Origin: a virus
Lineage: Duplodnaviria > Caudoviricetes
Direction: 5' to 3' (one strand)
IMG/VR virus record: IMGVR_UViG_3300025668_000848
Coordinates: 1-28,150 of that record
DNA length: 28,150 bases
The translations under genes and the position numbers were made by a program. Under the pieces are notes generated by a model. It ran no database searches, was not told where the DNA came from, and saw nothing but the letters and a program-made list of their open reading frames with translations. Below, piece after piece: positions 9,601 through 17,966 of this stretch (its first letter is position 1; the number at the start of each line of letters is the position of its first letter).

Positions 9601-12600
9601 GCTGTATCAGACTCGTCAGCCATTGTGTCATCAATTGAGAACTCATCAACTGATACACCTTTCTTAAAGCCTAACTCAGTAGCACCTGTAATACCAATTT
9701 CACCTGAGAAACTAATTGAACCTTGTGCTTGGTCAACTGCAAAGAATTGTCCTACACGGAAGAAACCGTATTGGTCTGTACTCATCCAGAACACTCGTCC
9801 TTTACGTCTTTCCCAAACTTGAGCTGAGGTTGCTGTAGGTGAGTCACTGTAATACGGTGCAAAGTTTAATCCGTCAACTGGATCACCTAAAATAACATTT
9901 GGATAGTTTGAATCGTTAAATGATCCTGTACCAATTTGTGTAAAGTCATGTCCTGTTGCACGACATAATGAAATACTAACTGTAATTTCACCTGTACTAT
10001 CAACTGGCAACCCTGCAAATAATGTTCTGTCTTCAGTAAATGCACTAGCTATACCTGTACCACCTGACGTAAGGTCAGTTACTGGCATTTCGTCAATTAA
10101 TAATGTAGAAGATCCGCCTCCGTTATCTGTAATACCAACAATTTGGTGTGTTCTACCTGCGTATGCAAAAATCATACCACCTGCATAACCTGTTACACTA
10201 CTACCATTAGGTATTGTTTGAGGACCAGTTTCAATTCCGTCTGCTACAATATCCATAAGTGTTCCAGCAGTTGTAGCTGTTCCTGATTCTGCATTACTAC
10301 CACTAGTGCTTTGTGTAACACCGTTTGAATTAATAGCAGTCCATGAAGCCTTTGTCAAGATATACTGTGTTAGTATTTCTTTTGCTTTGTCAATTGCTTG
10401 TACTGTTTCCGAATCTTGGTTTGCTGGTAACTGTAGTACTGCACCTACATAATACTTGTTTGCATTTTGTACTGTACTTGCATTACCGCCATATTTTAAA
10501 TCCATTGCAATACCACGGACAATTAAGCCAACGTCTCTATAACATTTACGCTGATTATAAGAGCCAGTTACAATATTATTAGCATTAATCCATGCAACAA
10601 CTTCTTCTTGTACAAATCTTAGATTGTTAGCAATTAAGTTATATGCATTAGGATTTGATGTTGCAGGGTTTTGATTACCGTAAATATCTCTTGTTAATCG
10701 TGCTAACTCAGTTGCGTCAACTTCGCCAACAATGGCATCATCTGTACGTATAGCAATATTAAAGTCACCTATAGTATTACCGTTGTTACTACCTACATTA
10801 GCAAAGTCAACTGGTAGTTCAATATGATCGTATGGAATATTAAATGTAGTTTGTACCGATGCATCACCTAAGTCATCACCATAGTTATTAACTCCGCTAA
10901 AGGATACAGAGCGATATGTAATATCATCTGTTTCATCAAAGTTAATGGCTGTACTTGGGCGTTCAACAATACCGTTTTTGTTTCTTACTTTGTCAAATAA
11001 GTGTGTTTCAGAATATCTAATTTCAATAAAGTCACCAGCTGATACTGTACCTTGGAGTGCGGAGAAAAAGTCTCCGTTTTCACCAGCCGGTTTACCTTCA
11101 ATCTGTAGTCGATAAACATCATCGCTGTAAACGCCGCCAGTTCCAGATTCTCCAAGTATTTTTGATACTGCACTAATTCTGTAGCGTTTAACTCCTACTG
11201 GTACTGCGATACCGTCAATAGTTTGTGTGCCGTGATCAATTTGTATAATTGAGTTTGGTGCTGGAGGAAACTTAAGGTCTGTTACATAAATTCCAGTATC
11301 AGTTATTTCGTTAGTTGGTGATCCAGCGACTGTATATACATAAGACTTACCTGGTTGCGTCATATCTGTACCGTAAGTAACTTGATCTGGAATCTCGTTT
11401 GGATCAGCACCTTCAGAAACTAAACCAAAGTTACCATAACCATTCGAACCATTAAGTGATCTAATCTCTGAACCGTTCTTAGCATAGTATGCAGCTTGAC
11501 AGTAGTATGTAAACATACTAACCATCTCTGAGAACGCACCGTTGTTAGTTACAAGTCCGTATCCTAAATCGTTAATTTGTGTAAAGTCGTTACCAAGCAT
11601 ACTTCTGTTACCAGCTGTTTGTAGGTAAATTGTTCTTGATATTTCTCCTGGATTTTCATCAAATAAGTTTTCGTCGTATCCTGCACCTTCATTTGAAGTT
11701 TTATCAAGATATATTTTACACCAACCATTTGATTGACTGTAATCAGATATTGCGTTAACTTGGAAACGTCTACCTTCTACATAAAATGGACATGGTAGTT
11801 GAGGTTGTCTAATAAACAATCCTTGACCTTCTTCTGAACGTACCCAAATTTCATAGTTGTTAGTTTTACCACTAACGTTGCCAAGTCCATCTGGATTAAT
11901 TGTTTCAGGAACATAAACAGGAACGTTACCTGTATATGCATCAACAAACATACCACCGCCGAATATTTTAGAGTTAATACTCTTACTAAAGGACGAACCT
12001 GTTTGTATGTACGGTGATTTAGTTAGAATTTGTCCATCAGGGTCTAATACTAGTAAGAAGCCACCGTGTCCTTGTACTGTTACATTTCTTAAAATAGTTG
12101 CATCATTCATCATGAACACATCCATCTCGTCGTTGCGTCTTGGTGGATTATACAATCTATTGAATGCAAAGTTTATTTTTTCTAATAAGTTCTCTACAAC
12201 TAAGTCAGTACCATTTTCTGCTGTTCCGTATTTAAAGTCAGGAGCAACATAGTCAACATCTGATGGATTTTGTTCTAACAAGTTAGAAGCATATGCACCG
12301 TCAAACAATCTTTCAGCTATTATACCAACTTGCGTAATAGCTGATTTAGTTGCATTTTCTTGTCCGCTAAATCCGCCTGCGTTGTATTGCTGTACATAAC
12401 TTGCAAAATATTGTCCTTGTGTTTCGACAGCAAATTCGTCACCGCCAATAGTTAAATCATCAACAAGTGCATCAACAATTAATCCAACATCTCTTGCACA
12501 TTTTGCACTATTAAAAGTAAGTACAGTTTGAGGACTACCGTCGTTGAATGTTATAATCTGTGGTAACAATGCACCAACGTTGCCATCAATACTAGATTTA

Positions 12601-15600
12601 GCATTTAGTCTTGACGCATCTCCACCTGCTAATGTTGGACGATTTTGATTACCAAGTGCAAGTAAGTTATCATTATTAATCATATCAAATATTTTGGTAA
12701 TATATGAATTTAATAGTCCTACTTCAGTTGCCGAAGCTACACTTCCACTTGTAGTTTGTGATTGTCCGTTTCCAGTTGTTGCCGTTACTGCTTGACCAAG
12801 TATAATATCTTCAACTACATCTTTAAGATGTGTTAGTGTTTGTAATGTTTCTGGTCTAGTTGTTAACTCTAATCTAATAACATCATCGATATATAAATCT
12901 TTACAGAATTCAATAGTTGCATAGTTGCCGCCGTATAGTATATCATGTGTAAGTAGGTCAACAATATTTCTATAATCTCTAATACGGATTGCTTCATCTA
13001 AATATTTTCGAGGAGTTATAGATTTTAAATATGCTAATGCTTCTTGTGCAATAAATTCTTTGTTCTGTTGTAGTTGGAATTTAGCTGCTATACTATTAGC
13101 ACTACTAGTAGGATAATCACTAAAGGTAATCGGTAAAGTAGCCCCAATATCAGTGTCCATACTTCCGTTATTAATGATGTTTATAATTTCATCAAAACTT
13201 GCATTTGCAAACGTACCAACATTTGCATATGTTGCTACAATACTCTTTGCTTCAGTTAATGCACCTGCCCATAGATTTTTTAATGTTGTATCTTTATAGA
13301 TACTCTTATCTCTTTGGAATTTTAATCCTTGTAATACAGAGTTGTATGTAGTCTGTTGTACTATATCATATGTAATAGCTGTAAGAATATCTTCTAAGTC
13401 TGTTTGGAATTGAACTTTATCGTATAAAATATCATTAACATTATTGTTTACATAGTTTACAATTTCTTCTTGTATAAACTTTCTGTTTTCTTTAAGAATA
13501 GCTGCGGCAGAAGTATACCCGCCAGCATTTGTTACTGGAAGACCAACGTTTAGATCTGCCTCAGGATTATTTAAATAATGACGACCAAAGTGTCCTTGGA
13601 ATTCTCCTGTTTGGTTATAGAATCTAGCACCTTTTTCTGAAATAGTAATACCATCAAAATATCTGTCACGATACATATACGTATCTGCCCATTTAGATTG
13701 TGATATTCTATCTTTAGGTTTAACAATAACTCGTCTAAATTCGTCACCCTTAATTGATACGTTTGCTGCAACTTTAATAGGATAGTCTTCTTCATATTGA
13801 CCAGATTCTACAAAGATAGTAATTTGTTTTTTGTTAACAAAGTTTCCGTATTCTAAATCTTCTTTAGCAATAAAGTTAGTTGGCTTTAACAAATGTACTT
13901 CGATAACATCATTATTGCCACTAACATCAGGGTTAGCAACATCATCTTTAGTATAGTAGTTTACAATTCTACCTTGTGCTTTTGATATTTTACCAACTAA
14001 CACTTTTCCTGGAATAATATCTTTGTTACCAGTTTTAGCTTGGTCTGTAGAACTTAACGAGCCTGGATCAACATAAACGTAATATGTTTTACCAAAGTTA
14101 GTAACCTGGCCTGCATTTATACCAGTTGTCATAATTTCTTGGATAAGAGTAAACTTATCAGCAACACCATTTCTTGCTGGTGCTGTTGCTTGCAAGCCGT
14201 CAAATACTTGTTTAGAATCTGTTTGATAAACTTGTCCAACAATACCGCCTGATGCGTATGAAGTAAAGCCTGTACTATCAACAGGTAATGTTAATTCTTT
14301 ATTTGTGTATAATTCGAATGACGTAGCATCAACATATTTTACATAGTAAAAGTTATCATTAACTTCAGTCATTCCTGCTACAGTAGTAAGTTTAATAATA
14401 TTTTTATCAACTAGTCCGTGACCGCTTGATGTAGTAACTGTTGCAATATTATCAGAAGTAATATCACTAACTGATGATTGATTTAATGGTCTATCTAGTA
14501 ATACAGCTGCTACAATGTCTGCAGCTTCTTCAACTGAATCAACAGTTTCAACTACTTGTCTAGTAATAGCAATACGACCTGAGGCACTTGCATAATAACG
14601 CTCACCTGCTTTTCTAGTTAAAGAGTTAGCATTAGTTAAAGAGTCACTAAAACTTTTTGCAATATCAAACGAAATACTATCAAGTATTAATCCTAAGTCT
14701 CTTTCACATAAATCTACATTGTAATCAAAGTCAGGATATTTAAATTCTAAGAATGCTGTTATTTCACGTATAATAAATTCCCTGTTAGCTAGGATTTTAT
14801 CTTTAGCAAGTATAAACTGCGCTAACGGATTATTAAAATCTGCAGAAGTTACAAAAGAATTTGAAGTACCATTGTCTGATGTAATAGTTTGAAAGTACGG
14901 ACCTGGCTCTGCTTCGGATGCTTGGATCATTTCTTCGGCACGTGCCGCCGCAGCGTTAATAGTACGATATGCGTAGTTATTTGATGTTCCTTCTTTGCCG
15001 GCCGGAACGCCACGCATTGAATCGTCGCCTTGTGTACTTACAAATAGATTGTCTTTTGCTGAATAGGATGTATTGTCAACATAAAATTTTGTAGCCGCCT
15101 GTAACTCTGGTTTAGAACTTGTTAGTCCTGATAACTCCCCTGGACTATCATGTAAAATAAGAGGACCAGTCATTTCGTCGCCTTGACGTCTTACTATGCT
15201 CTTACGTGGCATTGCCTGATCAGATAAGTAAAATCCTTCTAAGGAAGCATCGTACCCTGCGTCAACTATTTTATGTGTATCGTCTGCAGCAATAATTCCT
15301 GTAACATACACTTTATTAAGTTCAGCATCTGCTTGACTTTGTACTTTAGCTTGTTCTTTTGTATTATGTAAACTTAGCTGGTCAGCACTAGCATAACGTA
15401 AATAATATACTTGGTTATTAGTTACACCTGTTGGAGTAGTGTCTTCAGCATTGAATTGGTATGCTATACCGTTAACTGTTCTATCAAATCCGTGTGACGG
15501 AATAACAAGGTTTCCTGATGCATATGAAGAAATAGTTAAAGTGTATATTGATTCGTCGACAGGCTCGTCAGTAATACGTATTGGCAATTCGCCAGCAATA

Positions 15601-16121
15601 TATCTCGCATCAGCATAACCTTTGTTAATAACAAGATCGTCAATACTAATGGCTGTATTGTGTGCTGTATTAAAATTATTAACTGCGTCTTGTGTAACAC
15701 CGCTTGGTCCTAAAGCAATACCAGTGATGTTATCAGGTTCGTTACCTCTAGCATCTAATGGTCCGCCTAATGTTGGAGTAAGATCCTGTGAAACTTGCTT
15801 AAATGCTGTTCGAAGGATAATTTTATCTCTACTTGGAGTGTAGCTTATTAAAATACTATCAACAGAATCAGCTATTAATGCAGAATCACTAGCAAACGAT
15901 GCAAGATCAAATCCCGTTGCTCCGTCATTTACTAATGGTATTGTATTTGGTATTAAATTTTCTGGTGTATCACTAAGTGTTGTGAAACTAATCTGTCCAC
16001 CTTCGCCAAATACTGCATAAACTTCTGTAAAGTTTTCATTTACTTTACGGAACGATTCACGTATACTATCACCAGTACCGTCATTGCCCTCTACACCAAT
16101 ATCAATTTCTTGTTTTGCCAT
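6666..16121 (-). CDS. Giant virion tail fibre/spike-like protein, 3151 aa
   Basis: gp9/gp10-type N-terminus (IDIGVEGNDGTGDSIRESFRKVNENF); beta-helix-like segments (ITIFVESGQYEEDYPIKVAANVSIKGDEFRR, SMLGNDFTQINDLGYG); FCCH-like domain (VTTSSGHGLVDKNIIKLTTVAGMTEVN); five helical repeats; C-terminal YADLAENY...GRVPCKVIGTVAKGDILVSS chaperone/autoprotease-like domain. Confidence 0.8.
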   Translation of the reverse strand: MAKQEIDIGVEGNDGTGDSIRESFRKVNENFTEVYAVFGEGGQISFTTLSDTPENLIPNTIPLVNDGATGFDLASFASDSALIADSVDSILISYTPSRDKIILRTAFKQVSQDLTPTLGGPLDARGNEPDNITGIALGPSGVTQDAVNNFNTAHNTAISIDDLVINKGYADARYIAGELPIRITDEPVDESIYTLTISSYASGNLVIPSHGFDRTVNGIAYQFNAEDTTPTGVTNNQVYYLRYASADQLSLHNTKEQAKVQSQADAELNKVYVTGIIAADDTHKIVDAGYDASLEGFYLSDQAMPRKSIVRRQGDEMTGPLILHDSPGELSGLTSSKPELQAATKFYVDNTSYSAKDNLFVSTQGDDSMRGVPAGKEGTSNNYAYRTINAAAARAEEMIQASEAEPGPYFQTITSDNGTSNSFVTSADFNNPLAQFILAKDKILANREFIIREITAFLEFKYPDFDYNVDLCERDLGLILDSISFDIAKSFSDSLTNANSLTRKAGERYYASASGRIAITRQVVETVDSVEEAADIVAAVLLDRPLNQSSVSDITSDNIATVTTSSGHGLVDKNIIKLTTVAGMTEVNDNFYYVKYVDATSFELYTNKELTLPVDSTGFTSYASGGIVGQVYQTDSKQVFDGLQATAPARNGVADKFTLIQEIMTTGINAGQVTNFGKTYYVYVDPGSLSSTDQAKTGNKDIIPGKVLVGKISKAQGRIVNYYTKDDVANPDVSGNNDVIEVHLLKPTNFIAKEDLEYGNFVNKKQITIFVESGQYEEDYPIKVAANVSIKGDEFRRVIVKPKDRISQSKWADTYMYRDRYFDGITISEKGARFYNQTGEFQGHFGRHYLNNPEADLNVGLPVTNAGGYTSAAAILKENRKFIQEEIVNYVNNNVNDILYDKVQFQTDLEDILTAITYDIVQQTTYNSVLQGLKFQRDKSIYKDTTLKNLWAGALTEAKSIVATYANVGTFANASFDEIINIINNGSMDTDIGATLPITFSDYPTSSANSIAAKFQLQQNKEFIAQEALAYLKSITPRKYLDEAIRIRDYRNIVDLLTHDILYGGNYATIEFCKDLYIDDVIRLELTTRPETLQTLTHLKDVVEDIILGQAVTATTGNGQSQTTSGSVASATEVGLLNSYITKIFDMINNDNLLALGNQNRPTLAGGDASRLNAKSSIDGNVGALLPQIITFNDGSPQTVLTFNSAKCARDVGLIVDALVDDLTIGGDEFAVETQGQYFASYVQQYNAGGFSGQENATKSAITQVGIIAERLFDGAYASNLLEQNPSDVDYVAPDFKYGTAENGTDLVVENLLEKINFAFNRLYNPPRRNDEMDVFMMNDATILRNVTVQGHGGFLLVLDPDGQILTKSPYIQTGSSFSKSINSKIFGGGMFVDAYTGNVPVYVPETINPDGLGNVSGKTNNYEIWVRSEEGQGLFIRQPQLPCPFYVEGRRFQVNAISDYSQSNGWCKIYLDKTSNEGAGYDENLFDENPGEISRTIYLQTAGNRSMLGNDFTQINDLGYGLVTNNGAFSEMVSMFTYYCQAAYYAKNGSEIRSLNGSNGYGNFGLVSEGADPNEIPDQVTYGTDMTQPGKSYVYTVAGSPTNEITDTGIYVTDLKFPPAPNSIIQIDHGTQTIDGIAVPVGVKRYRISAVSKILGESGTGGVYSDDVYRLQIEGKPAGENGDFFSALQGTVSAGDFIEIRYSETHLFDKVRNKNGIVERPSTAINFDETDDITYRSVSFSGVNNYGDDLGDASVQTTFNIPYDHIELPVDFANVGSNNGNTIGDFNIAIRTDDAIVGEVDATELARLTRDIYGNQNPATSNPNAYNLIANNLRFVQEEVVAWINANNIVTGSYNQRKCYRDVGLIVRGIAMDLKYGGNASTVQNANKYYVGAVLQLPANQDSETVQAIDKAKEILTQYILTKASWTAINSNGVTQSTSGSNAESGTATTAGTLMDIVADGIETGPQTIPNGSSVTGYAGGMIFAYAGRTHQIVGITDNGGGSSTLLIDEMPVTDLTSGGTGIASAFTEDRTLFAGLPVDSTGEITVSISLCRATGHDFTQIGTGSFNDSNYPNVILGDPVDGLNFAPYYSDSPTATSAQVWERRKGRVFWMSTDQYGFFRVGQFFAVDQAQGSISFSGEIGITGATELGFKKGVSVDEFSIDDTMADESDTAVPVEKAVVGYINKRLGRDKNDAPVSNTIGPKFVTSSGSVAMEADLQMGSNKIENVGTPTSGSDVATKGYVDAGVLGQDNWDVLRESSKNDIAVGDLLAYTGLRKVLISVPDDASGFDTFVVGDTIENSSNTTTAIIKDIVQTTDNVVGENEPGNNIWIITYQLTSGPDFGLEQLEGTGGKADVSATVLRGPFDEIGNASNSNDSDVSFALTRDPNTLNGSLAGSIAEYDIQLRAGVVENADVNASASIVQSKLLLERASVLDSSATLLGSQGDAIGQSSRGIAAFDANHFTEEYELTVSGNVTLQAGDYVYQGALFGEVVSNVTASVLVKIRTNDKFISSSVILQKTVFTDGQEGPLTSLGVQCSSVKVSGFIGLLPRSITLTDLAPITTDTVIGRSLAGNGDASLIPFTDIVKQGDGVEDNDFTDSTIVETSGQKLNFATEVTVTNGETITQGNVQGTVQGTVFSETSFYVIDAINVNNSNPANFSNGAVTGSVNGAIGNVTSVNTNITLLGEAMVKLDDGVYGSVPISIGNANNSIARRTSTGGLQVESLILGGSSTNTVLSESGGTLTFSTLTGGKILSSSGATAPTIDTGGRVRVGNTAITPTNSDFYDNTIYGAGGASEEQSALAARWIYTSFIEAGEEKGAASTGISIGAGTGFDNSAADVISLITSGVEQLIVSSSTMTVNNAMTVTGELNVSGGSLIETIGGDIRVRNSADSANLFNVSGSNGNTTVAGTLGVTSSISTNTSLSVGTSATFGGGYGSTGVTISSAGAISANSNIITGGNLTVDGTTTLKGNMDFGNASTDTLTFNCRVDSAIIPTGTRNLGSSTNAWSTVYGGTFSGTATTAKYADLAENYLGDADYEPGTVIVLGGDAEVTTTNKKGDTRVAGVVTTNPAHLMNSELEGDYITGVALAGRVPCKVIGTVAKGDILVSSAIPGYAMVDNNPSYGTIIGKAVASKDDSERGFVEVLVGKS
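10480..14810 (-). repeat. Five degenerate helical repeats in the giant protein (coordinates approximate)
   Basis: DLCERDLGLILDSISFD, VQFQTDLEDILTAITYD, IRIRDYRNIVDLLTHDILYGGN, KCARDVGLIVDALVDDLTIGGD, KCYRDVGLIVRGIAMDLKYGGN; four are preceded by N-x-x-F-(I/V)-x-x-E. Confidence 0.75.
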
Positions 16122-16147
16122 CTTATTCTTTGCTCCAGTTAACTAGC

Positions 16148-16498
16148 TTATAGTGGAATTGTTTCCATATTAAAATTTACACTAACGCCACAGCCACATG
16201 CTGACTGTGCATTAGGATTTCGTATTTCAAAATTAGAACCTACTAAACTTTTCACATAGTCTACTTCAGTTCCAATTAAAAACATAACAGAATGCTTACT
16301 AATAGCAAAGTTACCTTCGTCACACGATATTATTTCGTCACCGTCTTCGATATCTTCAACTTGTGCTGTTCCCCAATCGTACTCAAACCCTGCGCAGCCG
16401 CCGCCTTTAATGTTTAAAGTAATAGCATAGCAGTCATTTTCCTTGCATAACGTGCTAATTTGTTGGTTCGCTAATGGTGTTATTGTACAAACTGTCAT
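16148..16498 (-). CDS. HesB/IscA/SufA A-type Fe-S cluster carrier
   Basis: GGGCAGFEY, GTEVDY, FEIRNPNA and CGCGVS motifs, with all three conserved Cys. Confidence 0.93.
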   Translation of the reverse strand: MTVCTITPLANQQISTLCKENDCYAITLNIKGGGCAGFEYDWGTAQVEDIEDGDEIISCDEGNFAISKHSVMFLIGTEVDYVKSLVGSNFEIRNPNAQSACGCGVSVNFNMETIPL

Positions 16499-16518
16499 AT
16501 TTTTTGTTTCCTTACTGT

Positions 16519-16554
16519 TATTTATCGTTGCTTTTTATAATCTTAATGTAAATA
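16519..16554. promoter_or_regulatory. Back-to-back late-type promoters
   Basis: GATAAATA on the minus strand (16526-16519) and TAAATA on the plus strand (16549-16554). Confidence 0.6.
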
Positions 16555-16559
16555 TAGTT

Positions 16560-16847
16560 ATGTTTATAAGAGAATTTAAAAAGCAAACCCGGCATGTTCG
16601 TAAATCAAAAACCGGCAAGGAACACACCTACAAGCGTGAACAGTCTATTTGTCAACTTCGTTGTGACAATTGTGATGCAGAGTTTGAACGTACTAGAGGA
16701 AGCATGGATCCTAAAAGATTAAGTAATTCCTACTTTCACGTATGTAAGAACTGTGATAGTAAGAAATTTGCTCAAAAAAAGGGCGTAGAACAAAAGCAGA
16801 AATGGAATATGTCCGCTAGTAGTTCTACACCAATTAGTAAGTTATAA
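16560..16847 (+). CDS. Basic zinc-ribbon-like protein, 95 aa
   Basis: CDNC and CKNC pairs, K/R-rich. Start moved to ATG 16560 because the longer track ORF overlaps hesB and its promoter. Confidence 0.75.
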   Translation: MFIREFKKQTRHVRKSKTGKEHTYKREQSICQLRCDNCDAEFERTRGSMDPKRLSNSYFHVCKNCDSKKFAQKKGVEQKQKWNMSASSSTPISKL

Positions 16848-17009
16848 TTATTCAGACTTCCATATAGTCCAGGCACCGTACGCAATAGCGGCATATGCAG
16901 CTAATTTAGCAAAAGGTCCTGCTATAAGAACAATAACTCCAACTGCGACAAGCATTGCGCCGTCCCAAGAAGTTCTTTCGTCCAGTCTATTTTTAATCCA
17001 ATTTTTCAT
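16848..17009 (-). CDS. Small membrane protein, 53 aa
   Basis: Not in the track. MKNWIKNRLDERTSWDGAMLVAVGVIVLIAGPFAKLAAYAAIAYGAWTIWKSE; AGGAG RBS, TAAATA at 17035-17030; fills the gap exactly. Confidence 0.8.
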   Translation of the reverse strand: MKNWIKNRLDERTSWDGAMLVAVGVIVLIAGPFAKLAAYAAIAYGAWTIWKSE

Positions 17010-17018
17010 TGTAATCTC

Positions 17019-17966
17019 CTATAGTCTATTATTTAGTATGTCTTTTACATAATTTAGTATGTATATTTTATTAGGGAATGTCAAAGACTCTGCTTTTTGT
17101 AAAAAAGTATGCAATTCTGTAGTCGATAAGGTATTTAATGCTAAATTCTTTGGATATGTTAACAAGTTAATATACCAATCGTTATACTCGTTCATAAAGT
17201 TTACAAGGTTAGTTAAATCAAACCAATTATTTCGATGTAATACTGTGTTAAATTCAAATGTATAATTATTTAATTTACAGTACTCAATAAAGTCTAAGGT
17301 ATCTTGCCATACACTTCCGCCTCGTACTTTTTCATTTATTTCTGCAACTCCGTCAACACTTAAAATAAAATGTACAGACTTAAATTTACTCCATTGTTGT
17401 TCCCATTGTAGTTTTGGCATATAACTACAATTAGTATTGTATATAACACGACACTTTGATGGGTTAGGGTGTAATTTAAGTACAGACAAGTGCTTGTCAG
17501 TAATAAGAGGTTCGCCCCCTAGGAAAAGTATTTTTTCTATTGTATCTGGTATGTTATCAACTTCATCAATTGATAACTTTTTATTTAATGGAGCGCCATA
17601 CAGTTGTTTTTCTTTAATAATCCAACTTGAGCTAAATTCTGAATTGCATCCGTCGCAAACTAAATTACACAAGTTGTCCATTCCAATTTCTAAAAACTTT
17701 ACTGCTGGTGTATCAAATGTGTATTCTTCATTTAATTTCATACGCAAACTTTTATGCCCTAACGCTTCTTCGTCAAAACACTTTTGGCACTCGGGTATAT
17801 AGTCACCTGTAGTATTACGTTCTCTTAGTTCAATATATTCTGGCCCATTTATTATTTGTTCTAAGTCACCTTTAAAAGTTGCAACAGGTTGTTTGAATCT
17901 ACAACAAGGGTAGACCCTATTACCAGGACGTACATTTACATAATTCCAAAATGCACTACACTTCAT
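17019..17966 (-). CDS. Radical SAM enzyme with an N-terminal Twitch/SPASM-like Cys domain, 315 aa
   Basis: CNLVCDGC (CxxxCxxC), GGEP, YNTN, SVDG, VRGG-x-x-W; N-terminal CSAFW...VYPCC...CQKC. Confidence 0.9.
   Translation of the reverse strand: MKCSAFWNYVNVRPGNRVYPCCRFKQPVATFKGDLEQIINGPEYIELRERNTTGDYIPECQKCFDEEALGHKSLRMKLNEEYTFDTPAVKFLEIGMDNLCNLVCDGCNSEFSSSWIIKEKQLYGAPLNKKLSIDEVDNIPDTIEKILFLGGEPLITDKHLSVLKLHPNPSKCRVIYNTNCSYMPKLQWEQQWSKFKSVHFILSVDGVAEINEKVRGGSVWQDTLDFIEYCKLNNYTFEFNTVLHRNNWFDLTNLVNFMNEYNDWYINLLTYPKNLALNTLSTTELHTFLQKAESLTFPNKIYILNYVKDILNNRL

Noticed and set aside
670-15843. Many plus-strand ORFs (for example 4386-4916, 5381-5806, 7075-7698, 7777-8190) opposite the structural genes
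   Set aside because: They are antisense shadows of long biased-codon genes, rich in V/L/P/S, with no RBS or motifs.
16443-16559. N-terminal extension of the 134-aa track ORF, which looks like a TM segment
   Set aside because: It overlaps hesB and translates an AT-rich promoter region; ATG 16560 fits better.
17019-17966. Radical SAM protein as QueE
   Set aside because: The CxxxCxxC motif follows a ~95-aa Cys-rich domain rather than sitting near the N-terminus as in QueE, and the gene is not linked to queD.
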